Assembly (NCBI RefSeq): GCF_006345805.1
Contig: NC_043000.1
Span: 88,412,001 to 88,476,000, forward strand
Direction: 5' to 3'
Length of the DNA: 64,000 nt
From: Octopus sinensis
Taxonomy: Eukaryota
Made by a program: the position numbers and the translations under genes. Each line of letters starts with the position of its first letter. Position 1 is the stretch's first letter. Positions 23,938 to 37,280 of the stretch are shown in pieces. Below the pieces are notes generated by a model that saw only the letters and a list, made by a program, of their open reading frames with translations, was not told the DNA's origin and ran no database searches.

Positions 23938-24279
23938 TAATAATATTAATAATAATAATAGTAATAATAATAATAATAATGATAATAACGATAATAATAA
24001 TCCTTTGTTACAAGCACAAGGCTGGAATTTAGTAGGGAGGGGGCAATCGATTACATCGACTGCAGTATCTGACAAGAACTTAATTTATCGGCCCCGAAAG
24101 GATGAAAAGCAAAGCCGTCCTCGGGGGAATTTCTGAGTTCAAATTCCGCCGAGGCCGACTTTGAATATGTACCTGTTACGCGCTGGGCTTGATGTAATCG
24201 TCTTAATCCCTTCCCCCAAATGTGAGGCCTTGTGCTTTCAGTAGAAATAATAATGATAATAATAATAATAATAATAATA

Positions 24280-24320
<41 letters not shown>

Positions 24321-24535
24321 CACCGTCATCATCAACATTAATGCAACACAGTTCCAAGTCTTGGTTTAATAATGATGATGAAGATAATGATGATTATGAT
24401 GATGATGATGACGATGATGACGATGACGACGACGACAACAGCAACAACAATAACAACTTCATCATCATCAACAACAGCAACAACAACAACAATAAAAACA
24501 AAACCACAACAACAACAACAACAGCAACAATAATA

Positions 24536-24598
<63 letters not shown>

Positions 24599-24610
24599 GT
24601 AATAATAAAA
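23838..24610. repeat. Compound (GAT/GAC/AAT/AAC)n microsatellite block with embedded SINE fragments
   Basis: Direct reading; explains the poly-D/N/I/L ORFs. Confidence 0.95.
24010..24245. mobile_element. Head-to-head fusion of two SINE family A 3' halves
   Basis: Minus-oriented half 24010-24133 and plus-oriented half 24134-24245; the junction cctcgggggaattt-ctgagttc-aaattccgccgagg is self-inverted. Confidence 0.65.
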
Positions 24611-26659
24611 ATACGTGTGTTGCTGGGTAGTAGTATTGTAAGTTGCTAACAGAATGCCGATAATCCACTAGATGTTGCGTAGGGGGAAAAAATCAGATTT
24701 TGCATGATTATCATCTACTTTATTAGAAACCTTCCATACAAAATACTTTGAAAGATAAAATGAAGAAAGGAAACCAAATATGATCAGCTAGAATGTTTAA
24801 TATTGATGAAGATATTTAGAATAACGAAATATAAATGATAGTTTGCTGCAATTTAGAACTTACTGGAGTTAATAAGGAATGTTGATTTCAGAGAACTATT
24901 GTGAGGAAGTTCAGCCTTAAGATTTCCCTTGTTGACATGGTGGCACTTTAAAAGCAAGAATTGTCCATTCAATGAATATCTATGATTATTTAGCTTTTAT
25001 AAAGTACATCTTCCAATAAATCAATGAATCGATAACCTTTGATTTCTCACTTATAATCTCAACTAACTTTTCCCGAATGTCCTCTTAGAAACAGGATGGA
25101 TTCTGTTTTTATATATTCAAAGAAAGAAATGGCATCTTCAAAATATACTTCTTATTTTGACCAATCAGTGTAAAGTCGGTAACTTAACACTAAGGCAAAC
25201 GGTTTCTCTGATATCAAAATTGAAATTTGGACTAATATTTTTTTTCTATATGAACGTTGGATTTCATCAGTGGACATTGCATTAAGCCCATATGCATCAT
25301 AGAACAAAAACGGAAATATAAATGTCGCTTTTAATTTTTTACTTTTCATAAGATCGATTTGTTTTTAAAACTTTTAGTTGAATTATTGGCAGTAAAATCC
25401 GATAAATCAGAACGGCAATGCATTCAGAGAATGAGAACAATGTTTTTTTTAATGTTTACGAAAATAAGAATTTAGACCAGTCTAAATGAAACCCTTAGTA
25501 GTTCAATGGTAAGTAAGAGGAAATTGCTCCATGATCCACTGAGGAAGTTTAATATGAATCATTCATATATATCACTAAATTGGTCCAATGAGAGACAGTC
25601 TATCTAATCCCTGGGACTGTTAGAAATACTGGACAAATTTTCTAAAAGGCACTCTAAAAAGACGGAAGAACACATTAAACAATATCGTCGTTAGATTCTC
25701 TGTGGCTAGAATATTTCGATCATAAACGTACTTTAAAGAACTGATCTGGGTTTAAACCACAGTAACAACAAATATAACAAATTGCTATTCCCTATTCAAG
25801 TAATAGTGTCGAGTTGATCCGCAAAATGTCGACCTTCAGCCAATGATAGAAATTAATTTTATTTTGCTGTCTCTTTTTGAGACTATTTAGTATTCATTAT
25901 TCTAATCCGTAATATAATGAAATACCTCTTGAAGCTTTAACTTCATAACACTCTTCAATTAACCGCTTAATGCTTTATTCTGCCTTGTATTTTAACGATA
26001 ACCTTAAATGAAATGATATTCATAATTTTTTAATGATAAAGCTGTGAAGTACTCTTTTTCAGCTACAATGAGAACACATTCACTCTCATATCAAATGACG
26101 AATGTAATTAGCTATATGGAATGTGTTACATTACATGAAATACATTCTTAATTAATACGCTTGAATCTGTCTTCCTCCTATTTTCATTATTTCCAGAAAT
26201 CTTTTCTGTGCAATTACAAGCGTTATCGTTTGTTTTTATGTCTCCACTTGTTACAAACATGAAACCTTAACAGCTAGTAAATGACTTTAATTGAATACGC
26301 ATGTGTTCCTATAGAAGTGGTTATTGAATCATGTGATCCTACAGAGAATTCTGCAAACGATTTTTTGGGTGAAAAATCTTGTTAATTTATTTTCCTTAAT
26401 CTTTTACATCCTTGGAACATCGTCATCCCTTATATAAGAATATACCAAAAACTATATTCGAATATAGTGAAAAGCTAGAAGAGTTTTTAGGGCACTGGAT
26501 CGTATACCTTTTGACACACACACACACACACACACATTCATACTTTGTGCATACCAGGCTTGGTTCTCAAAAGCATTTAAAATAGTTATTAGAATTCCAA
26601 TTAAATGCCAAAATGCTGCGACACTATTATTGACCTTAATATTCAGTGTTTTTCATTTG

Positions 26660-26865
26660 ACAGAATTGCTAGCACGCCGGGCAAAATGTTTAGCGGAATT
26701 TCGCCTATCTTTATGCTCTGAATTAAAACTCTGCCGAGGTCGACTTTGGTTTTTATCCTTTCGGCGTCGATAAAATAAGTATCAGTTGAATAACGGGGTC
26801 GATGTAATCAAATTATTCCCTCCCACGAAATTTCTGGCCTTATGCCAAAATCTGAAACTAATATT
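26660..26865 (+). mobile_element. SINE family A
   Basis: gctagcacgccgggcaaaatgtttagcgg...ctctgccgaggtcgactttgg...tggccttatgccaaaatctgaaac. Confidence 0.85.
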
Positions 26866-27351
26866 AAGTGCCTCTACTAACCAGGCTTTCGTTTTAAATA
26901 AAGAATGAAAATTTATTCTACTCAGTAGAATAATCTAAATCAATCCAATATTTTCAAATTTACCAAGAGGAATAAATTTTAATTAGTTTAATCAATAAGA
27001 GTTTACTGAATATATTTTGTTAATAATTTTACCGTTATTTTCCAAGTTACCCTGTCTTTACTATAATAAAATGCAAATATTAGCCTCCCATGATAATAAC
27101 GATAACTTATTTTATTTCCGAACTTTTTTCTCCAAAATATGAATGCTATTTACCTCTTATTTCTATGATAAACAAAAGTCAATTAGATATTAAATTTCCA
27201 TTGCAATTTCCTATATTTACATTCAACTGCGTTACACACAACTACGTTTTTCATTTACTACAGGTGTGACAGAGAGACCTCCCAAATTTTTCACGGTCTT
27301 TTGTGCAGTGATAGGAAAGTTAAGCAGGTTCTAATGGTGTCTTGATGCAGC

Positions 27352-27562
27352 TAATGTTGGTTTCAAATTTGAGCTCATGGCTGGCAATTTCAGAGGGGGT
27401 ATAAGTCGATTATACCGACCTCAGTGTCCAACTGGTGCTTATTTTATCGAACTCGAAAGGATGAAAGGCTAAATTGAGCTCGGCGGAATTTGAATTCAGA
27501 ACGCAAAGAACTAAATAACGCTAAGCATTTTGCCCGGCATGCTAACGATCCTACCAGCTATT
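27352..27562 (-). mobile_element. SINE family A
   Basis: Matches the family core in reverse orientation. Confidence 0.8.
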
Positions 27563-28894
27563 ATTGTAGCGTTGTTTTTTCGATGCCATTAATTTTGGGC
27601 TAGTGTATTCCTTGCATTTATTGTTGAAACGTTTACCAATAAGGGTCAGTTTGAGGCTTCTTTTCTTCCTGCACCATGTATAAATATATTTATGTTAGAT
27701 TAGTCATACGGCAGTTCAGCTTTCGTAAGCTGTTTTTATACTACTGCATTTCTTTAATTATCACTGAATTAAAGATGATATATAATTGCAATATATGATT
27801 TAGTTTTAAAACATTTCCACATCATTACACAATTATCTTGCAATATAAGAACTAAATTCATATTGTTGATAACAGAGTAATCAGAAATAAATTCTCTTTA
27901 TATACGTATAATATATCAGCAAATGTGATAGAAAGTCGTGAGTGCATTGTGTACTATAACTGCCTGATATCAGTATCTTACAGTAGCAGAGCGTGAAAAT
28001 GTTGATGACATACATTTAATGTATAGAGGTACTTTACTAACACACCACATACTAAATCTACTGACCTAATAGCATGACTACATATTAGTTAGCCCCAAGT
28101 AACATTAACATAAATGTTCTAACGCCTCTCACTAAGCAATCTAAATGATATGGGAAATACATGCCAATGGTGTAGCCTGTTTTCATGACATCTTTCCACC
28201 AAATTTATTATCCTAATGTTAAAATGAGTTTGAAAAAAGAACGTTAAGAAAATCATTAACCTTAGACTGGTATTTGTCCTGAGTTATTAACGAATGAAAT
28301 ATGGTTAGGGAAATCGACGTGGAGGATTAGTTTGACAGGCCATCATTATTCATTTAAAAATAGTAAAAACACACAAAAAATCACATAGCCATACTAGCAT
28401 GTAATTTGCATTTTCTTGAAGTTAAACCAGATAAAAACATAATTAATATTTCCTTAAATCAGTTTTGAATGATTTCATTTTGTAATATTAGCAAATATAG
28501 AACGCATTATGTAAATGTTATTTTACATCCATGTTATTTCAGTTAGTAACTGGATATATATTAATTTAAACTTTTTCTTAATGAAGAGGAACAAGAAATC
28601 ATCATTGCTAATTAAAACATCGTAATTGGTTTTCTTCGTATGTGTCACTAACAAATTCATCAAATGCGAAACGATAAGATACTCCGACTACCGATATTTG
28701 CGATGAACATTCCAGAAGTTTTGAATATTTTATAGCAGTTAGAGTTATAATTGTTCTAGATTATTGTGATTTTAGTATATCATTATTGTGCTAGTAAGCT
28801 GATGTATCAACTCTTGTTATTCCCCTTTGAAGGACATGGCTCTAACAGTACTTTGAATATGCCCTGCAAAGCACTGATTGCCACAGCTGAATAG

Positions 28895-29470
28895 TATTCA
28901 GGATGGATTCGGGATGTGAAGACAATTTAGATGTTCGCCATGCAATAAAGTTTTGTATTGAACTGTGCAAAAACGCTACAGAAACTTAAGAAATACTTCA
29001 AGCTGTTCAGTGTTTTTAACTCGTATGAACAGAGCATGTTTTTAGCCAGCACAAGAAGTCAAACAAAGCAAGTCCGTCGGGAAGCTCATGATGATCTCCT
29101 TTTACGACAGCAGGGGCATAATCTATATCCATTAACTACTCTCTGACCAGACGGTTAACTAAGAGTACTTTGTGGTGGTTTGGAATGACTTCAGGTGGAG
29201 ACCCCGTTGCAAAAGTCAGACTCTTCCACTCGGTGGCGCCTGTACTTGGAAACTACACCGTTCTACAATTGCATCTTGGCAACCCACTACTAGACACAGA
29301 TGAGCATCAAAACTCACTCACAATCCCCAAAGTCCAGATCTTGCACCCTCTGGCTTTTTATTGTTCCCCAAACTAAAATGAGTATAAAGCAGGCTGTGAC
29401 AAGGGTCCTGGTTACCTTCTATTTGGATGAATTCCTTCGGGCTTTCACGAAGTTGCTGTAGCAATACAAG
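28895..29470 (+). mobile_element. Degenerate, internally deleted mariner remnant
   Basis: ataaagttttgtattgaactgtgcaaaaacgctacagaaact (IKFC..L.KNATET) and gatcttgcaccctctggctttttattgttccccaaactaaaa (DLAPS.F.LFPKLK). Confidence 0.7.
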
Positions 29471-31049
29471 GGCATTAAAGTAAGAAACTTCTACTTTGAA
29501 TGAGATTAGAGTTTGACAATTCTTTGAAATTAATACGTCTCTCTGAACATGTCTCAGAACTTCTGAAATGCACCATGTAGTATCAAGATTGTCATTCATT
29601 CCTATGGAATTAATGAAATGACTACCATCAATAACATAAGTAACCAAGAAATTCTTTACAAGTCCTCTACTACAAAACTTGGCCATTGACTATTATACAC
29701 TGAGATATAATATGTGTTTGTGTGATTTAACTACGGTAGTAGTTGAATAATATTCTTAAGGCCGCAATTTACTCACATGCAGCATCTTTCAGAGATCTTA
29801 ACCAATTGGAAAACCATTAATATTCGTGAAGAGGACTGGTCCTAGCTAAATTTTGGCGGACAAATTGAGATCTGCTCGAGTAGAAAAAAGTTTACATCAA
29901 AATTTGTAGCAACGTTATAGGATAGTAAGTAACGCCACCAATTAAGTTTAGATCTAAATAACCTTATTATTTTAAACACATAATATATTTATCTTAGCCT
30001 CAATGATAGAAGAAAGCATGACGATTTTCGTAGTTTTGGTCCCATGCAACAAAAATTTTTATCAAAAAACTGGTAAGGTAAAATATCATTAGAATAATGT
30101 AAGGCAAAAAATTGGATTTAGCTATGATTAACTTTTTTTATTTTAAAAACAAACTATATTCTAATTAAGCTTAAATGATAAAGCTCAATTCGAGGAAGTT
30201 CATGGTATCAATTTCATACAATGACGTTTTAACAGAAAAGAGTTATTAGTGTTTGTTTCTCAAATTTGAAGGTGATGATATAGTTCTATGCTTTTTTATT
30301 AATATAGTTCTAGGGCATTTTTAATATATGTCACTGGCATCATTGAGGTAAAGATAACGTTATCCACGACATCGCTAATTGACACATTTGACACATTATT
30401 AATTAGCACAACGGCATGACCTGGAAAAAAACATGGATTACATCGAAAAATGCGAGTAAGAGAAATAATATTCTTAAGATTATAAATCTAGAAAAGTTCA
30501 GGACAAGTTATTACATCTGATAAAGTACAGAAAAAGAAAATTTTTACTTAAAATATTGCAGCAAAGGATAAAATCTGAATATTAAAAATTATTTGATTTT
30601 AATTTACAAAGTAACATTATAATTAAAAATCGTACCATCATTTTGTTAAAATATTGACACACTAATATTTAAAAAATGAGAGCCAGAAGTACCAATATAG
30701 GTAAAGTTTTAGGCAAAGTAGAATACTATATATGGTAGGCAAATTCATTATGTAAAAAATAGGCATTGGGTCAAGACTAAAAATGTGAAGACTTGGCAAT
30801 AACTCAAGCAAATTTTACTGTGAATTTGTTGTTATAGGTAGATTTTACTGTAATATATAAATAATTTTTGAATTATTCTATTTACTATACTAACTAATTA
30901 TGTGTTAATGTTATTTTTTATAACCTATTTTCAAATTTCTAATAATTAATAATTAAAAGAATTAATTTTTTAAGTGCAAAGAAAATATTGAGTTATTATT
31001 TTTATTTTTAATAGGAGTAACAAGTAATAACAAATAAAAGTAATGACTT

Positions 31050-32185
31050 GTAATAAAATTTTTAGCTTTAATACATGCTAATATTTTCTATATTTTCTAA
31101 ATCTAAATATTGGGTCATCCCCTCCTCCTGGCTTGCGAAAGTTATGTGCGCCAAATGATTCTGGAAACTACGAAACAAATGGTAGTCTGAAGGAACGAGG
31201 TCGGGAGAATAAGATGGATGAGGAATTTTTTCCCAACCAAGCTCTTCGATCTTCTGTGATGTGATCTTTGGCGCGTGGGGTCGCGCATTGTCCTGATGAA
31301 ACATCACTCCTTTTCGATTCACTAAAGCGAGTCTCTTTTTCTTCAAAGCTTCGATAGCTCTAATTGCTGAGAGTAGACTTGAGCATTCATTGTTGCAGTA
31401 GGTGGTAACAATTCAAAGCGAATTACTACTTTGCAATCCCACAAGATAGAGAGAAGAACCTTTTTTTCCCATGAAGTTCCCTTCTCGGTTGTGGTTGAGC
31501 TTATTCCCTTTTACAAAGTCACTGTTTACGACGTTTAACATTTCAATAGAAGATGCATTTTTCGTCACCAGTCACAGGTCTATCCACAAAGGGTGAAATG
31601 AGTTCGCGAGAATGGAAAGAAAAGCAGATGTCAACTCGGGATTTGTGGTTGCTTTCGAACAATTCATGATGCAGCCATTTACCAAGTTTTGGAAACTTTC
31701 CAAGTTGTTGAAGATGACGATGAACAGTTGTATGGTTTGAGCTAAGCTTTATTGCCAGTTCTTCAACTGATAATGCAGGATTTTCTTCAAGTAATGTCTC
31801 AGAACTGGACGTCCTGTTCGATCTTCATCTTCAAGGCCGAAATCTCCACTTTTGAATTTTGCAAACAATCTTCTACAAGTTCTTTCATTCAAGCATTCTT
31901 TCCCATAAATTGAGTGTGTTTCGAATCGCTTTGGCTGCAGAGTTCCCTTTTTTGTACTCCTAAAGCATTACGTGCCTCAAATGATCTTTGGATACTTCAT
32001 GTTAGAAAGAGTTTAAATCAAAGAAATTTTAATTTTATTATTCTGTAAAACATTATTTAATTAGTTTAAATGTACACAAATGCATACAAATAATTTTAAT
32101 TCCATTAGACATTCCAAAATACTATTAAATTTCATTCAATTTAAAAAAAGGTAAAATCGGACAGAACTTATTGGATGACCTGATA
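31050..32185 (-). mobile_element. Degenerate mariner transposon
   Basis: FHQDNARPH...IPHPSYSPDLVPSDYHLFRSFQNHL. The N-terminus near 32000 reads like (ME)VSKDHLRHVML.EYKKGNSAAKAIRN after a frameshift. TIR-like end at ~32160-32185. Confidence 0.9.
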
Positions 32186-32249
32186 TTTTCTTTCAAATTT
32201 TAGCAGCAATATTTTACCTTCACTTGACCCAGGTTATGTATATGCATAA

Positions 32250-32291
<42 letters not shown>

Positions 32292-32295
32292 CACA

Positions 32296-32400
32296 GCCGT
32301 GGTTCTGTTGTTAGGAGCCTGCTTCTCAACCACATACTTTGGGATTCAGTCTCACTGCGTAGCACCTCCGGTTAGTGCTTTGTATTTTGACTGGAGAAGG
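32296..32400 (+). mobile_element. SINE family B head fragment
   Basis: ggcacagccgtggttctgttgttaggagcctgcttctcaaccac...gggattcagtctcactgcgtagcacc. Confidence 0.6.
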
Positions 32401-32973
32401 AGGCAGTCAGAATTTTAGACAATTCTTTATTAGCGCTTTCGTTCGTTTAATCGAATTCTTCATAAAAAGAAATGTAAATTTGGTTGATTTTTTTTATTTA
32501 GAAAAGGAGAAAATTTTGTTTTTTGTGGAAAGGGAGAAAGAGAGAAAGATAGGGTGCAGAGCAATCAAGAAAGAGAAAAAAGCAAAGAGGGGGAAAATGG
32601 TTGAGAGAGAGAGAGAGAGAGAGAGAAAGGTTCTTTTTCAATTTGATATGATCAACCCATTGAAATTTCATTATAATTCCAGAAGGCATTTTTCTTTCTC
32701 CTTTCTTTCTCATCGTATAACTCAACATATTTGTAAATAGACACATTTTCTCATTATATGTATACCTCCTACTATATATATATATATAAGCAAACACACA
32801 TACATCTATATACAACAGGCCCCTTTCTATTTCCGTGTATCAAATCTACTCACAAGGCATCTGTCGGCCAGAGGCTATAATACAGAGCCTCTGGAAAATG
32901 TTTGTGACCTCGTGTGTACCGTTGGCGATTTTTTTCTCTGTCTTCCCTTCTCTGGATCTTACCTTCTCGTATA

Positions 32974-33006
32974 TTTCCGACGAAGAGCTCCGCTCGAAAC
33001 GTTAAA
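32974..33006 (+). ncRNA. Minimal type I hammerhead-like motif (CCGACGA core variant) in a PLE-like terminal fragment
   Basis: UUU-CCGACGA-A-GAGC-UCC-GCUC-GAAACGUU-AAA, with palindromic AACGUU stem III; stem I is only 3 bp. Confidence 0.5.
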
Positions 33007-33146
33007 CCCTCCTTCCTTCCTGAGCGTCCAATAATACTGTATTTGTTCTACGTCCTCGCGTTGTTGTGTTTTCTGTGCTTTCTTGTTTGGATTAACTATC
33101 TAACTATATATACATGTATATATATAAATATATATACATATATATA

Positions 33147-33190
<44 letters not shown>

Positions 33191-33261
33191 TATATATATA
33201 TACACAAAGATTTTCCCGGTTTGCTAACGATTATATAAGGTGGTCTTCTCGCTAAGTTATA

Positions 33262-34544
33262 TTGAGTTGACAAATAAGTTCCCACCGTTTTTTAAAATTC
33301 AAATTTTTTAAAGTTTTAATAAAAAATAACAGCTAACTAATCAATAATGTATTAAAACTTGTTGTTTACAACTTCGTCCCAGCGTTCAACAAGACTTTGA
33401 ATACCTCGTTGGTAGAAATCACCCGATTTCGACACAAAACATTGATCCAGCCAAGCTCTCAATTCTGCATCAGTATTGAATGAAGCTCCGCGCATAGCAA
33501 TTGAAAGAGATCGAAAGAGGTGGAAATCCGTTGGTTCCAAATCAGGAGAGTATGGCGGGTGTGGCAGCATGTCCCAGCCATGCGTTTGAATGGATTCCTA
33601 GGTTATATTGGCGATATGAGGGCGGGTGTTGTCGTGCGGTAGAACTTCACGCTGCCGATTAGGTCTTTTCTCTTGAGTCGTTCCATTTGTTGAACATAGA
33701 GTTCCGCGTTGACCGTTTGGTTCCGTTCAAGTAATTCGTAATGGATAATCCCTCCACAGTCCCACCATACGCACAACATCGTTTTATGCGGATGAAGATC
33801 TTGTTTCACGCGTGGTGTCGCTTGTTTACCGGGACTAAGCCGTTTCTTACGCTGCTTCATATTGATGTACAGGCACCATGTTACGTCGCCAGTAACGATT
33901 CGGTAAAGAAATCGTTGTTTGTATCCATGAGTTGAGCAGTGATGAGCAGGCAAACAAGCGGAGATTGTGGCTCGTTGACTTTTGTTGTTGTCACTTACAG
34001 CATGCGGACCCATGCTCCATACTTCTGAACCTTTCCCATCGAGTGAAGATGCTTGCTTCTCTATAGCAGTGTGGGTCATTCCATTTTTTTGCGAGTTCCC
34101 TTGTCGTTTGATGAGAATTTTCGTGCAAAAGTTGGTTTAATCTATCTTCATCGAATTCAACTAAACGGCCAGAACGAGGTGCGTCTTTGAGGTCAGAATT
34201 TCGAGTTTTGAACTTGGCATACCAATCCCGAGCAGTTCTTTCGGCTATGGCACCCTCTCCATACACAGCACAAACGTCGCAGCGGCTTTTGCGGCCTTAG
34301 AACCTTGATTAAAAGCAAAACGAAGGTGTCGGAAATGCTCGTTTTTCTTAACTTGACATTCCATTGTAATGATCTAAATATAAACAAAAATTAACTAAAA
34401 TTAACTAGAAAAAAAACAAAACAAAATAGATTCCAAAATGATTCAAAAATTGAACTCTCGAAAAAACAAATAGATTCCAAAATTTAAAAACGCAATAAAT
34501 TCCAAAATTAAAAAAAAACGGCGGGAACTTAGTTGCCAACCCAA
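33262..34544 (-). mobile_element. Full-length but frameshifted mariner transposon with TIRs and TA target duplication
   Basis: TIRs ttgagttgacaaataagttcccaccgtttttt and aaaaaaacggcgggaacttagttgccaacccaa (4 mismatches in 32), TA at both ends. Motifs IVTGDVTW, TMLCVWWD, LPHPPYSPDLEPTDFHLFRSL. Confidence 0.95.
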
Positions 34545-34568
34545 TATATTAATGTATTACAATATTAA

Positions 34569-34955
34569 GGCGGCGAGCTAGCGAAAACGTTAGCACGCCG
34601 GGCGAAATGCTTAGCGGTATTTCGTCTGCCGCTATGTTCTGAGTTCAAATTCCGCCGAGGTCGACTTTGCCTTTCACCCTTCGGGGTCGATTAAATAAGT
34701 ACCAGTTAAGCACTGGGGTCGATATAATCGACTTGATCCGTTTGTCTGTCCTTGTTTGTCCTGTCTGTGTTTAGCCCTTTGTGGGTAGTAAAGAAATAGG
34801 TATTTCGTCTGCCTTTATGTTCTGAGTTCAAATTCAGCTGAGGTCAACTTTGCCTTCCATCCTTTCGGAGTCGATAAATGAAGTACCATTTGCGGGTGTC
34901 GATCTAATCGACTGGCTCCCTCCTCAAACATTTCGGGCCCTGTACCTAGAGTAGA
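34569..34955 (+). mobile_element. Two tandem SINE family A copies (34569-34800 is the best-preserved copy)
   Basis: tRNA-like head ggcggcgagctagcg...; B-box gagttcaaattcc at 34641-34653. Confidence 0.9.
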
Positions 34956-35542
34956 AAAGAATGTATTATAATGATAAGTCCAAAATATTATAGCTGTAAC
35001 AAGCAAAGTTGAAAACTGTCGAAGTATATCAAATTATAACATTGATAATTACTCATTTCTAAAATTCGGACAAAATTTGAACATAGATATTTCTGTAACA
35101 ATATTTGATATTCGTTATTATCTGATTATATAGTTATGAATACATGTATTGTTATTGTTATGTAAATAATTGATTAGGATAACATAATCTGGTCTTGTGA
35201 CATCAGTATTGGAGCATAATGGCCAACACGGCATAGAATTACATTTATCATAAGATATACAATAGCTGAAATCGATTTAATTATCGAAAGATTGTTTGCA
35301 TAAATGAAAATTTCATGTTCTTTTTTTTTATATCGTCATTTAGGAATAATAACATTATTGCCTACAAACTTTCTGTGACTCAGTCACAGATTCACTGAAT
35401 TTATGATGGCAAGATTGATAAGGAAATATTTATAAGCCGATGGAAGGTGTTCGAATAGCACGGAATATTTGCTGGTGCATACACACTCCAGACGATATAT
35501 GGCCATATATATATGGCTGTATAGAGTCACCATCACACCTTA

Positions 35543-35592
<50 letters not shown>

Positions 35593-35598
<6 letters not shown>

Positions 35599-36197
35599 AA
35601 ATATAAGAGAGCCAACTTTGAATATGTTAACTCTAGTGCTAGAAATAGCTCCACCGGTAAAGGGTATTATTGAATTAATATCTAAAATTTTTTTCACCCT
35701 CATTATTGAATTTATGAATTTGATACGCTGCAGTAAATATTACATGCGGTATTCACTTCCACTAAGTCTTAGCATTTGCTTTCGGCGGGGAATTTGTAAC
35801 TACAACCCTGAATGTAATTGATCGGACCACATGGGTAATCGTCGCCTGTAGGGGTCTGATTAATTGCATCGACAAATGTTACTGATGATTCATAGACAAT
35901 TATGTGAGTATAATTTGCGTATTTTATTGATGAAGAAACAATTGTATAACATTAATCCATTTTTTAGTTGTATTTCAATTTCATTACTTTGAGTGTAGTG
36001 CTATTTCTATGTGGAATTATCGTTGGCGACTATACCGGTGGAGCTATTTCTAGCACTAGAGTTAACATATTCAAAGTTGGCTCTCTTATATTTACGGATA
36101 AATATGTATTTGTCTCACCGGTTTATTGTGCTAGGTCGCTTGGTGTTAAAATAAGGGTATTATTGAATTAATATCTAAAAATTTTTTCACCCTCATT

Positions 36198-36201
<4 letters not shown>
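35593..36201 (+). mobile_element. (TA)n-flanked non-coding element: 67-bp 5' inversion, ~493-bp unit and ~49-bp terminal direct repeat, containing a hammerhead
   Basis: 35593-35659 is the reverse complement of 36033-36099; 35660-35708 is repeated at 36153-36201. Confidence 0.85.
35875..35953 (+). ncRNA. Type I hammerhead ribozyme (GUA cleavage after 35946)
   Basis: Stem I AAUGUUA/UAACAUU (7 bp); CUGAUGA 35882-35888; stem II UUCAU/AUGAA; GAAAC-AAUU-GUA with palindromic ACAAUUGU. Confidence 0.85.
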
Positions 36202-36234
<33 letters not shown>

Positions 36235-36689
36235 TTACTTGTTTCTGTCAATGGCTTCCATGAAGGAGCGTTAGTCGAACAAATTGACTCAGTAGTTTGT
36301 TTAAGGATTAAGTTTGTACTTAGTTTTAAGTTTGTCAAGTGAGGGTGACATGACATACACAGAAACAATAAGACACGTACGTGGGTACGCATATACAAAA
36401 TCACACACACACACAAGTATACCCATAGTTTACGTTTAGCAAAAACACACAAAAGGCATTGCTTGACCTGTGACTATTATAAAATACATTTACACAAGGC
36501 GCCGCACAATGCAACTGGACTCGAAATCACGCTGTTACAAAGTGAGTTTCTTAACCATACATGCATATGTTCATTCTGTTCGATATATCGAAAGGAAAAT
36601 ACAAACGCTGGCCACGTCGGTGTATTTATCCTAGATACCCTAAGGAAGCACACACTCTCCCATAGCTTGGCAATCTCATGTCACATGAC

Positions 36690-37280
36690 AAGCCATACTA
36701 TCGACAAGTACAGGAAGCAGGTGACAAGGATCTTCAAAGAATTCGCTATATCTATAACGGTCACTACCAATTTGACTAAGGCTGACTTCCTGTTCGTAAG
36801 CTGACTTAGGCTGACTTCCCTATACCTGCAAACGGGAAAATACTACCCTTACAGGGAAGCCAAGTAGAAAACCATATATATATTCACAAAAATTTCAACT
36901 ATTCCTAGCTAATGTTAAAAGTCAAATCACAGGCATATATAGAAGAATCTCTAAGCTATCAGCAGATATATGGCTCTTCAAAAGTCCGTGTCGATTATAA
37001 GAAGGTATTAACAGGGAGTGGGTTCACTGAAAAGCTAGTAAATACTGCATCCAACTCCCGAATCCGAAGAGAACCAGAGCAAAATAATGTGGTTCAATCC
37101 ACCATGTAATCTAAAAGTTTCGATCTATATAGCAAGGAGCTACTACTAAATACTAACTAAGACACAATACACTACATCATAAGCATCCAGTTTTCGACCC
37201 CTACATCATGAAGTTCATTTACCACTACGTTATGAAGTTCAATTATCCCTAATTAGACAACATTGCTTCTAACAGCAAAC
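36690..37280 (+). mobile_element. Penelope-like element RT (thumb region) remnant
   Basis: IDKYRKQVTRIFKEFAISITVTTNLTKADFL...GKYYPYR...DYKKVLTGSGFTEKL, broken by stops and frameshifts. Confidence 0.7.

Noticed and set aside
23775-24668. D/N-rich acidic ORFs resembling biomineral or low-complexity proteins
   Set aside because: Pure (GAT/AAT/AAC)n tracts interrupted by SINE fragments; no splice or codon evidence.
34569-34660. tRNA gene
   Set aside because: A/B-box-like head only, with no cloverleaf; it is a SINE head.
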